From positions 3,694,232-3,758,231 of the forward strand of contig JARDVH010000115.1 of the NCBI GenBank assembly GCA_030324005.1: a stretch of DNA of 64,000 nt, read 5' to 3'. The first letter of the stretch is position 1; every line of letters begins with the position of its first letter. This DNA comes from Negaprion brevirostris. Taxonomy: Eukaryota. The notes below the pieces were generated by a model that saw only the letters and a list, made by a program, of their open reading frames with translations, was not told where the DNA came from and did not search any database. Positions 36,901 through 50,600 of the stretch are shown here, piece after piece. The translations under genes and the position numbers were made by a program.

Positions 36901-37044
36901 GTGGGATGGGCAGAGTGTCTATATCAGTGGCTTTCAATCAGTGTGCTGTAAGAAGCGTGCAAGTATGTCACAGCCATAGCTGTGGGGCAAACTCCAAGCC
37001 CTGGGTGAGGAAATTTACTGCAGCAATGCCTTAATGAACTCTCG

Positions 37045-37272
37045 TCACTTTCCCCCTCTCTCTCTGTTCACCGAACTCTCTCCACTTTCTCTCTCCCTCT
37101 GCTCACTGAACTCTCTCCACTTTCTCTCTCCCTCTGCTCTCTGAACTCTCTCCACATTCCCCCTCTCCCTGCTCACTAAACTGTCTCCACTTTTCCTCTC
37201 CCTCTGCTCACTGAACTCTCTCCACATTCCCTCTCCCTCTGCTCACTGGGCTCTCACCATTTTCCTCTCCCT
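37045..37272. repeat. ~35-bp pyrimidine-rich minisatellite (~6 copies)
   Basis: Unit cactgaactctctccactttctctctccctctgct. Confidence 0.9.
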
Positions 37273-37465
37273 GTGCTATTTTTAAAAAATAGGCTTGCTG
37301 GTTCAAACGAGTAAGGGCTTTATTGGAAAAGTGTTTACTCTACAGGCTGTTATGATAGACTGTTCATTTGCCCACCCAAATGGCTGGTGACATAATCAGT
37401 ACAAGACATATTTGGACTCTTAAAGTGAGCTTGTTTCAATGGGGAACAAACATAAATATACAACA
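37272..37465 (-). mobile_element. Candidate 3' LTR of a second, very old Gypsy element
   Basis: On the minus strand the PPT aaaagggagagaaaag is directly followed by TGTTGTA, with an internal AATAAA and an end ...GCACA. Confidence 0.45.
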
Positions 37466-40269
37466 CTTTTCTCTCCCTTTACATCAGAAATTCCTGCAAT
37501 GAAAAACAATATAATGTTAACAATCAAAATTTACAACATGAGCAATTCATCAACACAATGGTCAATAAGTTAGCCATTTCACAGGATATTAAGTACTGGT
37601 TGGTTGTCAGTGAATGTCAGGTATCTGCTTTATATGTTGACAGCAACCTCTGGTATTTTTGATTGAATTTGGACGTCATCCATGGTTGTCTCAACAACAG
37701 TTGACATAGGATTTGGAGGTTTATTCAGTGTTGGTGTTCTCAACTACATACTGACTTCCCCAGTTGTTTCCAGCATTGTCAGGTTCACAGGAATGTCTAG
37801 GTCAGTGGTTTTCAACCAGCGTGCCACAGTAAAGGAGGTTGCCATGAGAAGTGTGCAAATATGCCATGGCCATGGCTGTGGGGCAGACTTCAAGCCTCGG
37901 CTAAGAAAATTAAGCTGCAACATGCCTCAGTATATTATATTCAAGGAAAAGTGAAAGAAAACATTCACATTCTGTCCAGCCTGTGTTCTTCCCCCGAGGC
38001 TATGTCCCATTTAGTTCTAAACCAAAAAGATTAATAAAATACAAGCCTGGAACTGCTAAGTGCAGAGATGCCTGTTCAGTTCAGGTTGTGGCACTGTGCA
38101 GGTTAATTCAGCACTCCTCACTGTCACCACCACAATTTCATTCTTGATAATCTAGCTTTTACATGCTTTATAGCCCCTTGAATATATTACCTTCTCAAAA
38201 GGGTCAATGTGGGTGGAAAATTCAAGCTGTCAAAAGAAAGAACCATTTCCTGGACTAACAGTATAAACAGTTCTATTACAGGCATTAAATCGAGTTATCC
38301 AACTTCCTGTCCAGTAACATGCTAATTTCAACTAAATAACATTTTTTTTAAATCCAAAAATGAAACAAACAACTGTCAATGATCCCAAGTGAAACCAGCC
38401 ACCCACCTTCCAAGTATCTGATAATAAAACTGGTCTCTGCTTTCATCATCTGTAGATTTCCCAACATGGTTCATTACTATTCAGTGCAAAATTATTTAGA
38501 GATGGAGAGTAGTGAAGTTGACACTCGAGAGAAAAACAGCAATTCTTCAATTGATTAAATTTTGAAGGTTATGCTGCCTTGGTTGTGAAATAAGACTTTT
38601 CAGTGTTAATTCTAATTCAAATCTTAATTTAGGCTTGATTCAGATTGAGAAACTACCTGGAAAGTGACTCCTCAGTTACTCCCAGATTTAAAGTAGTTAT
38701 AGTATTTGTTCCAATGGAAAATTTATTCAGAAAGGCCAAGCAACCCCACCAGCTCCCTATTTTGGACTGGACTTCTCTGTAATTCTTTCAATCCAGTTAC
38801 TTCTCTGCTACAATCTCAAGCACCCACCTCCCTACCCCTCAGATTTAAAACCCCGACATCTGAATTTATCTGACACTTGACCAAAGCATTGCAAGAAATA
38901 TCTAACCCCTACAAGGGGATGATTTACATTAATTATTTCCGTTTATAAAATAGAACAGCTAGGGTGTCAGAAGTTCATCCCATGAGAATGTGGGAACTCA
39001 TAATCTATAAATATTACGTAAATTTCTTTTAATACTGTTGCTTTGTTTGAATTGTTGAAAATTTTGACCTAAGTAATTAGTTTTTGATATTTATTCTTAA
39101 TGAGTTTGTTTAAAAAGAATGCAAAAAAGATTTTGTTTCTAAAATCAATATCACTACTTACCTTTAGTGTCTTTGCCGGACTCTTCCATTCAACTGTAAA
39201 CATCTTTAGGCAGGAGTGGTCTCACTAAAGTATGTGTGAGAGTATTTCTTCTATAGAAAACATTGCTTTTCCAAATTTACTTCAGGAATTGTTTAAAAGT
39301 TAGTGAATGGGTAACAGATTAACCCATATCAGCCAAATACAGTAAATATGAAGAGTGCAAACAATTTACTTCAGTTATCGAAAATAAACAATGAAAGGAA
39401 GACCAAATCACTGGCTTCTGCATGTAAATGGACGCCATGCTTCCGAGCAAACTTCCCATCCCAGAGTATAAAGTGAATGTTCCAATAATTTCACCACTTC
39501 CATGAGTTAATGCCACATACAGCCTGAGCAAGTTCAAGCTTTGTTTTCTATTTCTGATACTGACAAGCCACAAGCACCATAAATAAGTGTAATCAATTAC
39601 ATATAGTGCTGCTCAAGATTAAAGGAGGTCAAGTAAGTGGCTATAAACAGAATCCCAGAATTTCTGGCTGGTGTCCTGACTCTTTTCTCCAGCAATCTCG
39701 AAGACCTCGTCCGGTTTGTCCTCAGCATGTGGAATTTCTTCTATTATTCTGAGCTCCATTTGGTTAAGAAGATAAAGTGTGTTGTCAAATTTAGGCTGCA
39801 AGTCACAGAAGACCGAAATGTACCTGTCAGTAAAATGGTATCTCTCTTCTCTTTAGAAATGAAAGATTGCGTTCTGCTGAGAAGTGAAGGTGAAGTACTG
39901 GAAGTTGAGTCACAGCAAAGGCAGGGCTCTGATTCATCAACAAAAAATACTTCTGTATTGTCAGCTGAAGATGGCTCAACGGTAGTGTTGGGAACAGCAG
40001 CATTTGGAGGAATGACATTTGTGCTGCCAAAGAACCCTGACTTTAGAAAGGGCATGTTGTGTTCAAGACATCAACCCCTAAATTTCTGGGCTGCTGTCCT
40101 CTCCTCTCTCTCTCTTCCTCTTCCACTTCCTCTTCCTCTCTTTCTCCAGTGAATTAATCCTTTCCTTACCGGCATTTGGAGCTCTTGCCATGGGTTCTAC
40201 TCAGCCAGCCACTGAAGTACGTCTGTGTATGAAGCCCGGGGATCCCATGTTTGGGTACCTCTGGCTTTG

Positions 40270-41050
40270 GCATTCAGATGCCCCACCAGAGTTAGCTGTG
40301 ATGTTGGAACAAGCTATGAAAATTGTGAATTACATAAAATCAAAGTCATTGATATCACATTCACACATGTTTTGTGTGCAGAGATAGGGGCTGAACATCA
40401 GAGTTCACTATTACAGCTGTGATGGTTATCGCAGGGAAGATTCAGTCCTATGTTCATGAGCTCCAGAGAGAACTGACAGGGTTTTCANNNNNNNNNNNNN
40501 NNNNNNNNNNNNNNNNNNNNNNNNNNNNNNNNNNNNNNNNNNNNNNTGCATGTCGCGCAGACATTTTCAGCTATCTGAATGAAATGCATACAGGGAAAGA
40601 ACAAAACAATCCTGACCACTACAGATAAATTTCAAGGTTTCAGGTCAAAACTGGCCCTTTGGCAAGAGATAGTGGCAGGGGGTTCACTTGAGACGTTCCA
40701 ATAACATTGTCAGCAGCAGACGCAGCTGTCAAGGTGCACCTTAAAATGCTGTGAGATGTGTGAGTGCTATTTTCCCTCTACAGATAGGGAAGACAATGGC
40801 TGGGTACGTGATCCATTTAGTTCACTTTCTTTCACTTCATCACAAAAAGTGACATTAAATTAAAGGAATATGCAGAGCTATGGATGGATAGCATAATAAA
40901 GCTGAAGTTTGGAGAGTGTCTTTGGATGTGGTTTCACTGTGGTAGACAGATATCCAATGATCCCTAACCATGCTATTACAGTACTCTTGCCCTTTCCAAC
41001 AACATACCAATGTGAATGAGCATTTTCAATATTGGCTTATGTAAAAAACA
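40270..41050 (+). mobile_element. hAT Charlie/Buster (ZBED5/SCAND3-like) transposase relic
   Basis: LAVMLEQAMKIVNYIKSKSL, LCAEIGAEHQS, WLSQG, ADIFSYLNE, KLALWQ, WVRDPF and VLLPFPTTYQCE, with frameshifts and stops. Confidence 0.85.
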
Positions 41051-42759
41051 ACAGAAGGGAGGGCAGATGTCCCCCACCCTCCCATTGGATCAAAAGACTC
41101 TGCACACACCAACAGCCCCAAGTTTCCCACTAACCCAGTAAGTTTCTTTTTAATAAACTTTGCATTTTGCTCTGATCCATTGAATTTCAACTGTATGCGG
41201 CAAACCTCTCTGGTAAAACCGTAACAATAGTAATTGTAAGTAAATATGATGTCTATGAACAATTGATTCAGTTGAAAAGAGTGGGTGTGCTGTGGAATTG
41301 TTTGTCTCATTGAAGTGTGCCATGCTACTGAGAATGTTATTGGGAATCGTGTAGTCACTGTCTCAGGATTTGGGATAGGCTATTTAGGACTTAGATGAGG
41401 AGAAATTTCTTCACACAGAGAGTGGTGAATCTGTGGAATTCTCTATTACATTAAGGCCTTTTGTGGAGGCCAAGTCACATACTATTTAAGAAAGAAATAG
41501 ATTTCTAGACATGAAAGATGTCAAGGGGTATGAGGAGAGAACAGCATTGGAATTCTACCCCTCTGCCTGCGACAGAATCAGAGGAGGTGAGGGGCAGACA
41601 ACAGGAATTCTGGGTCTTGCTCAAGCGAGGCTGTAAAATCCCTTTGCAGGTGTATGTTGTTGAGATAGAGGATCAGCCATGATCACACTGAATGGCAGAG
41701 CAGGCTTGATGGGTTTAATACTAATTGCTGCTCTTTTTTTTTATGTTTCTGTTTTCTGGAACTCCCTTCCTAACAGCATTGGAGGTAGTCCTACACATGG
41801 CTTACAGCAGTTCAAAAAGACAGCTCACTATCACTTTCGCAAGGGCAATTAGAAAAAGGCAATAAATAATGGTCTAATCAGTACTGCCCACATCACACAA
41901 AAGAATAAAAAAAAGCTAGTCATAAGTGACTGCTTTGGCTCATACAATTTAATGTCTGTTTCTTTACATCATGTTTTATAATGACATTATTTTGTGATGG
42001 AGTAAATTGCTTAATCATTTTTGCTTCCTGCCAGATGTTTCCTCCCTGCTTTTTAAATCGGATTTTATTCTGCCAGGAAACATTGTGTTGAGAAATTTAT
42101 TGTCCAAATGTAAGAAATCACAGGTCAGAATCTGTGTTCAAAATCTATTTTTACGTTCTTATGTCATATTCAGGCCATAACTTGTTCAAGTGATTTATCC
42201 ACAGATTGAAATCAGTCTTTAAAAAATAAACTGCATGTCAGTTAAAGAAAAACATGTTTAAATTAATGCAAAGTCTTACTTTAGATTGAGAAACAAAGGA
42301 AAAGGGTAGAGGTCCATATGGCATCTCACTTTCAAAGGTGTAGGACTCAGGGATCTCAGAATATTGTGGGGAGTTTACAGGGATCTCAGAGGTCTTTAGT
42401 GCTCGAGGGGTTACAGAGAACTCAGGATTAGAATATTAAATTATAGGCATTATGACTGAGAGCCAGTATAGGTCAGGGAGCAAAGATATGATAGGTAAAT
42501 GGAAGTTGGTGTGAGTTCCAACCCAGACAACAAAATATTAGATGAACACAAGTTCATAGAAAGATGGGAACTGGCTCAAAGAACACTGGAATACTATTGT
42601 TGAGATGGGAAGTAGCAAAAGCAAGGTTTCAAAGCAGATAGCTGAGGCAGGGGTACAATCAGATGATGAAAATAGATGGTCTTAATGAGAGAATATGGGA
42701 TCAGAAGCATCCTGGAGGTAATCATTGAGCAAAAACTTAACTAGATTAATCATATAAAA

Positions 42760-45700
42760 GAGCTGGATTAGAGGCTACAAGCGGGTGTTGATTGTCAGGA
42801 GATTGAAAACAGCATGAGAATGCAGAGAGAAATTTTCAGTGTTAGCTTGGAGTTTGGAACTCCTGATTGGGTAAATATGGTTAGGTAAGCATTTACTACT
42901 TTATTGCTTATAGTTTGTCAGGTCTTTATTTTGTGGTTTATAGTTTGGAAGGGCTGTATTCTGTAGTAATGAGGATCAGGGAAGAAGGACCCTCAACTAT
43001 TTTGATATAATGTGATTTTAAGTATCTTCCAGAAGATTTAATTTGAAGGGGTAAATCATGGCAGGAGTGCTCAAAGCCATGGTGTGCTCCTCCAGCTCTA
43101 TATGGGAAGGCAAGAACATTTCCAGTGCTCAGGGCTAACATGAGGAAATGTCTGCAGCTGCAGCTCCTGGAAGCCCAGGTTTCAGAGCAAGGGATACAGT
43201 GGAGCATCTGTGAGGTGAAGAGTATCGTGGCTAGCACGTATAAAGAGGTGGTCACAGCTTCCACTGGCAGGGAGGGAATGGGTGACTACCAGGCAGTGAA
43301 AGAGAACCAGGCAGGCAGTGCAGGAATCTCCTGTAGCCATGTTCCTGCAATACCAGTTCAGACACTGTTGGGGGAATGACCTCTGTTGGGAAAGCAGCAA
43401 CAATTAAATTTGTTGCACCATGGTTGGCTCTGCTACACACAAGATTAAAATGTGCGGGAATGCAATAGTTATAGGGAATTCAATTGTAAGGGGAATAAAT
43501 AGGTGTTTGTATGGCTGAAAACAAGACTCCAGGATGATATGTTGCCTTCCTGGTGTTAGGGTCAAGTGTGTCTCAGAGTGGCTACAGGACATTCTGAAGG
43601 GGAGGGTGAGTTTCCAGTGATTGTAATATGAACAACATCAGTAAAAATAAGGATGAGGTCCTAAAATTAGATAGAGAATTAGGAATTAGGTTGAAAAGTA
43701 GGAAGTCAAATGTAATAATCTCAGGATTAATAGCAGTGCCACATGCTAGTTCGAGCAGAATTGCAGGATATATCAGATGAATATGCGACTGAAGAGATGG
43801 TTCAAGGGTAAGGGCTTCAGGTTCCTGAGGCATTGGGACTGGTCTGTGGAAGCTAGGGCAAGTACAAACTGGATGGATTGCACCTGGGCAGGACCAAGAC
43901 TGATGTCCTCGGGGGAGTATTCGCCAGAGGGGTTGGCGAGGAGCATGGGAAAATGGCAGCAGGATGGGAACCTATGAAATGAGTCAGAAAAGGGGGAAAC
44001 AAGGACAAGAACAAAAGACGGAAAGGGAAATAAGAAAAGTGATAGGCAGAAAAATCAAGGGCCAGAATCAAACAGGACCACAGTGAAAAATAATAAGAAT
44101 GGGGCAAGGAATGTTAAAAAGACATGGGTTTGTGCCTTAGTGCACACAGCATTCACAATAAAGTGGAAGAATTAATCACACAAATAGGTGTAAATGATTA
44201 TGATAAAGTTTGGATTACGGAAACATGGCTGCAGGGTGACCAGGGATGGGAATTGAACATAGAGGGATATTCAGTATTCAAGAAGGACAAATAGGAAAAA
44301 GCTGTGGGGTTGCATTAGTGGTTAAAGAGGAAATTAATGCAATAGTGAGGAAGGATATTCGCGCCAAAGCTGTGGAATCTATATGGGTAGAGCGGAGAAA
44401 CACCAACCTGCAAAAAACATCAGTGGGAGTTGAATACAGACCCTTAAACACCAGTGGTGATGTTGGGGATGGCATTAAACAGGAAATTGGAGGTGCATGC
44501 AACACAGGAATATCTGTAATTATGGTTGATTTTAAATGGGGTATTTTGTAATAATTGGTAATCTAGTTGTGTGAGACTCGTCGGGGATCAGCAAATTATA
44601 TGATAGAATTCTTTATCAAGATGGAGATGATGTAGTTGAGTTTAAGACTAGGTTCCTGAATCTAAATGAAGGTAGCTACTATAGTATGAAGTGCAAGTTG
44701 TCTTTGATGAATAGGGGAACATTAACTAAAGGTACGATGCTGGACAGACAATGGCAAACACTCAGAGAATGCATGGGTGAACTACAACAATTATTTATTC
44801 CTGTCTGTCACAAAAATAAAATGGGAAGTGCAAAACCATGGCTTACAAGGTAGATTAGAAATAGTGTTAAATCCAAGGAAAAAGTACACAAACTGGCCAG
44901 AAAAAAACAACAGACCTGAGAATTGGGAGCAGTTTAGAATTCAGCAAAGGAGAGCAAAGGAATTGATTATGAAGGGGGAAATAGAATACAATAATAAACT
45001 TCTGGGAAACATTAAAATGACTAAAAACTTCTATACGTTTGTGAAGGGAAAAAGATTGGTGGAGACAAATGTAGGTTCTTTACAGTCAGGAGCAGAAAAA
45101 TTTATAATGGGAACAAAGAAATGGCTGACCAACTAAGTATATACTTTGGTTTTATCTTCACAAAAGGGGACACAAATAAATTACCAGAAATGTTGAGGAA
45201 CATGGGGTTTAGTGAGAGGAAAAAAACAGAAGGAAATCAGTATTAGCAGGGAAATGTGTTGGAGAAATTGTTGGGGTTGAAAGCTGATAAATCCCCAAGG
45301 CCTGATAATCTACATTCAAGGATGTAACTTAAAGATCTGACAAGGGAGAGTCAGTGGATGTGGTTTATTTTGACTTTCAGAAAGCTTTCAACAAGATCCC
45401 ACATCAGAGCTTCTTCCTTGGATCTAATACTATCTTTAATTTCCCTTGTAAGCCATGGTTTTCCAAGTGGCAGGCAGCGACTAGTGGGGAACAACAAAGA
45501 TGAGTGCTCGGACCTCAACTATTCATAATAGCTTTAACATAGCTTTAAGGGGTGGTAATTATAGGATGGATGTCAGAGGTAGGTTCTTTACTCAGAGGGT
45601 AGTAAGGTCGTGGAATGCCCTNNNNNNNNNNNNNNNNNNNNNNNNNNNNNNNNNNNNNNNNNNNNNNNNNNNNNNNNNNNNNNNNNNNNNNNNNNNNNNN

Positions 45701-46775
45701 NNNNNNNNNNNNNNNNNNNNNTGGAATAGTTTAGGTTAGAGGGTCATTAGATTGGTTCCACTGGTCGGCGCAACATCGAGGGCCGAAGGGCCTGTACCAC
45801 GCTGTAATGTTCTATGTTCCATGTAATGTATACTAATGATTTAAATGAGGCAACTAAGTGTACTATTTCCAAATTTGCAGATGACACAGAGCTGGGTGAA
45901 AGGGTGGGCTGTTGAGGAAAATGCAGTGATTTGGACAAGCTGAGTGAATGGGCAAATGCATGGCAGAAACAGTATAATGTGGATAAGTGAGAGGTTATCC
46001 ACTTTAATAACAAAAGCAAGAAGGCAGATTACTATCTGAATGCCAACAGATCGAGAAAGAGAAATGTGCAACGAGACCTAGGTGTCCTTGTACACCAGTT
46101 GTTGAAAGTAAAAATGGAGTTACAGCAGTTGGTGAAGAAGGCAAATGGTATGTTCGCCTTCATAACAAGAGGATTTGAGTTCAGGAGCTGTGATGCCTTG
46201 CTACAGTTAAACAGGGCCTTGGTGAGGCCACATTTGTAATATTGTATGCAGTTTTGGTTTAGTTATCTGAGGGAAGGATGTTCTTCCTATGGAGTTAGTG
46301 CAATGAATGTTTACCAGACTGATTTCTGGGATGGCAGGACTGACATATGAGGACAAATTGAGTCAGTTAGAATTATATTCATTGGAGCTTATAAAAATAA
46401 TGGGGGTATTATAGAAACCTATAAAATTCTAACTGGACGAGACAAAGTAGAAGCAGGGAGGATGTTTCTGATGGTGGGGAAGTCCAGAACCAAGGGTCAC
46501 AATCACCAAGGGATATGGAGTAAACTATTTAGGGATGAGATGAGTAAAACTTTCGTTACCCAGAGAGGGGTGAGCCTGTGAGCCTCTACCGCAGAAAGCA
46601 GTTGAGGCCAAACATTGTATGTTTCAAGATATAGCTCTTGGGGTTAAAGGGGTCAAAGGATATGGTGAGAAAACCGGAATAGATTACAGAGTTGGATGAC
46701 AGGCCATGATCATAATGAATGACAAAGCAGGTGTGAAGGGCCAAATGGCCTACTCCTGCTCCTATTTTCTATAAA
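42760..46775 (+). mobile_element. Near full-length but internally deleted CR1 LINE (ORF1 zinc finger/esterase plus ORF2 EN-RT)
   Basis: ORF1 RKCLQLQLLEAQVSE and SGNH esterase AIVIGNSIVRGINR..RMICCLPGVRV. EN HSIHNKVEELIT..VWITETWLQGDQGW. RT SKFADDT. 3' UTR ends at about 46770. Confidence 0.85.
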
Positions 46776-47385
46776 TACTGTGATTACAAAGGTCAGTCAG
46801 ATTGGAATTCTGCAGGGAATAACTTGCATCCTGACTCCCCAAAGCTTGTTCTATCAGAGAAAAAAGTTTCTCCATATTGACCATCTCATTTCAAACATCT
46901 TGATCAGATTAACCCTCTACCTTCTATTCATAAGAAAGCACAAGCCAAGTTTATGTGCTTATAATTTAACCATTTAAGCTCCAGTGTCAAAATAGTAATT
47001 CTGCATGCACTTCCTCCAAGAGCAACCAATTGTTACAGAGGTATAGCATTTAGAACTGAATATAGTATTCCAGATGGGGACTGAAAATGCCTATATGATA
47101 GAAGCATCATCACTTTCTCAATCCCCTCTTGCACACTAGCCACTTTTGAGATGAAGACCATGAGATCTGCAATGTGCATTCCTAATCGCGTAAGACTCCA
47201 TAGTTGATAGCAAGGGAATACAAAATGTTGACAAGGCACCTCAATTTGAATATGAACATCTTTAATTTCTTTCTATGTAGCTGTAGACTGACAAGCAGGC
47301 TTCCTGGGAGTCCAATTTGTGCGAACGGTAATCAAATGCTGGGAGTTGAGTTCTCCCTCCGTCTGTTAATAAGGTAGTTTGAGCT

Positions 47386-47454
47386 TCAGGTTGATCTGGG
47401 CTTTGAGTCATTCTTGTTGTTTGCCATTGATAGTATTTTCTTCTTCCTTAGTTG
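47386..47454 (-). CDS. Probable last coding exon of the unidentified minus-strand gene (QLRKKKILSMANNKNDSKPRST*)
   Basis: Acceptor ctctcttctcgctttag| in unique sequence between TEs. Phase 0 is compatible with the upstream exon ending ...LLQM|gtagca. Confidence 0.45.
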   Translation of the reverse strand, partial: QLRKKKILSMANNKNDSKPRST

Positions 47455-47759
47455 CTAAAGCGAGAAGAGAGTCTATCAGAGCAGTTTTCACAACAGAAAT
47501 CTTTAGTATCTACTTCCCCTCCCTGTAAGTATCAAATCTTAATCAGGATATCGTGCTACTGCCTTTTTTTTGCCTGGCAGAAGGTTTGGTGACCAGAGCA
47601 CAGAGATTTAAGACAATTTACAAGAAAAACCTAAGAGGTAGAAATAAGGATCAACTGATTTAAGCAGCAGGTTGTAATAATCTGGAATGCGTTACCTAAA
47701 AGGATGACATAAAAAGTAAGAAATAAGAGCAGGAACAGTCATATAGCCCCTTAAATTAA

Positions 47760-50600
47760 TTCTACTATTCCATTCCACTAGGACTGGGACCAAAGTTCAC
47801 ATCTGGAGGTTCACTAGTGTGGTTGAAGAATAACTCAATTAAATTGGAAGAGGAATGTGCATCAGAATACAGAAGTGGAAAAGAGAAATGAAGCGAATCA
47901 AGGAGTGTGAGTTTTGGACAGTAGTAAGGAGTAGAAGGAGTAGAAGGATAGAAATAAACTAAGAAAGACCATAAGAAATTCAAAGACAGGTTTACAATGC
48001 ATGTCAACAAATACAATGTGTTGAAAAAGTCTGCTGATTACAAGAACAAATTGCCTTGTGGGAATCTGATGTAGTGGCAATAATAGAAATGTGCCTTAAA
48101 GTGGTGAGGAACGGGTTTAATATTCAAAGATACAAAGTGTTGAGTAAAGGTAGGGAAGTAAAAAAGAAGTAGCAAATTGATTAGGAAAGATATTGTAGTG
48201 TCAAAAAGATTGGATGTCCTTGATGGAGCAAAGACAGAATCAATTTGGTTAGAATTGAAAAGTGGAAGAGTATGATATTGAGGGCATTCTAAAAGCCTCC
48301 AAATGATGTGACAAAGGTAGAGAAAACAACTAGCTGGGAACTCACAGAGATGTGAAAGAACGATTGAACGGTATTATTGGAAAACTTTAATTAGATATTG
48401 ATTGGGATAACATTAGAGTAAAGGGTGAAGGGGGATGAATTTCTAAAATGTATTTTTGTTATTTATTTATGGAATATGGGTATTGCTGACAGGCAGGCAT
48501 TTATTGCCTATACCTAATTGCCCTTGAACTGAGTACCTTGCTAGGCAATTTTAGAGGGCATTTTAAGATTCAACCTATTGCTGTGCATCTGGAGTCACAT
48601 ATAGGCCAGACCAGATAGGACAGCATATTTCATTCTCTAGAGGACAACAGTGAACCATATAGGTTTTTACAATAATCAATGAGATTTCAAGGTCATCATT
48701 AGATTTTTATTTCCAGATTTTATTCATGAGAACTTCTTTGATCAATATGTTCCTGGTCCAACCAGGAAGGAAGCATTGCTAGAACTGGTGCTGGGAATGA
48801 GACAAGCCAAGTGGACCAGCTACCTATGGAAGAACACAAGTAAGAACAACAAAGTTTAGATTACTAACGGTGAAAAGCAAGGAACAACCTAAGGGTGGAC
48901 TTCTAAAATGGAAAAGATCAAATTCATTGGGATGAGAGAGGACCTAGCCCGGGTAAAATGGATGATAGATTGACAAAAAAAAACTGTTGCATAAGAGTGG
49001 GTGATCTTTAAAGAGGAGATGTTTCAGGTACAGATTAAATACATTCAAATAAGGGACAAAGGTGAGGGAATCAAAGCCAGGGCACCTTAGATGATAAGGG
49101 AGAGAAGAAGAATATGGTGAAACAAAACAAGAGAGGTGAATTCTTAAAACAAGAATGAGGCCAAATACATTAAATTTGAGAAGAAAAATGAAGAGGGAAA
49201 TGACAAAGGGAAAATATGAGAATAGGCGACAGTTAGCATAAACTCAAACACGTTCTATTACTATCAAATAAACCTGTTGGACTTTAACCTGGCAATGTGA
49301 GACTTCTTACTATGTAAATAGCAAGCAGATAATAAGAGGTGATTGGGTCTATTAAGGGCAAAGAGAGCAATACATATTTAGAGCCACAGGGTAAGGCTAA
49401 ATACATAATGAGTACTTTTTATTGATATTTATTAAGAAAGAGGATGCTGACAGAATATTGGTAAAAATATAGATGAAACAATCAACGGATGGGGGAAAAT
49501 TGATGGAAAGGATATATTATAAAGCTGGTAATCCTTATAGTAGATTAGTTGCTTTGTCCTGATGGTTTTCATCTAGGTTGCTGAAAGAAATGGCTGTGAA
49601 GATAAAGGACGGACTTGCCATATCTTTCAATCTTCCCTAAGGATTGCAGAGTAGCAAATGTGGCACCCTTGTACAAGAAAGTATGCAAGGACTATCCAAA
49701 TAACTGCAGGGCAATTTGTTTATTAGCAGTGGTGGTTAAGGTATTGGAAACAATACAAAGATGTCAACAGGCACTGGGAGATATTTGAGTTAATTAAGAA
49801 AAGCCATCAAGAATTTGTAAAAGGCAGATTGTTCTTGATTAAATAATTGAAACTTTTTAAGGAGTAACAAAGAAAAAGGAAAAGGGATAAAGATAAACTA
49901 ATGGATGTTTTCTAAATGAATTTTAAGAAGGATTTGATAAAGTACCAGATAAGAAGTTGGTTAACAAATTAGAAGTTCATGGCAAAGTTGGATTAGTGCA
50001 ATCTCAGATAAGAAAATGGCTTAAGAACAGAAAACAGCAAGTTTTGATAAATGGATGTATTTCAGACTGAAGGACAGTAGATAGTAGTGTTCCCTATGGC
50101 TCTGTGACAGAACTACTGGTGTTTTGATATATTAATTATAAGCGTATTGAAATAGAGAGTAAAATTTAAATATGTGCATGTGTAATAGATAGTGAAGATT
50201 GGGAAGGCATATGGCATGAAGATTGGGAAGCCATATGGAAGATAAAATTTAACATAGAGGAGTGTGAGGAGATGCATTTTGGCAGAAGGAATTGACTATA
50301 TGGCACAGTTCTAAAAGTGTACAGGGAACAAGGGACGCGGGGTTCACGTGCATAGTTTGGTGGAGGTGGCAGGGAATATTAGCTGACTAGTTAGAGAAGC
50401 ATATGAGAACTCAGGATAAAAACAGAGGTCTTGAGCAAAGCAGGAAAGCTATGCTGAATCTGCATAAAGTTCTGATTAGAAGCACAATTAGACTATTGCA
50501 TCTATTTCTGGTTAAACACATTATGAGGAATGTGAGGGAGCAGAGGAGATATACTAGAATGGTTCCGGAGATGAGGGATTTCAGCTCTTCAAGGGAGGTG
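47760..50600 (+). mobile_element. Old CR1 LINE ORF2 relic
   Basis: EN remnants (DVVAIIE, TESIWLEL, PTRKEALLELVLGN), GPDGFHL, CRVANVAPLYKK, and C-terminal RRYTRMVPEMRDF. Confidence 0.75.

Noticed and set aside
47260-47410. Alternative frame MTQSPDQPEAQ... as a separate gene start
   Set aside because: It closes after about 50 codons (…YIERN*) with no supporting donor. More likely the 3' UTR of the minus-strand gene.
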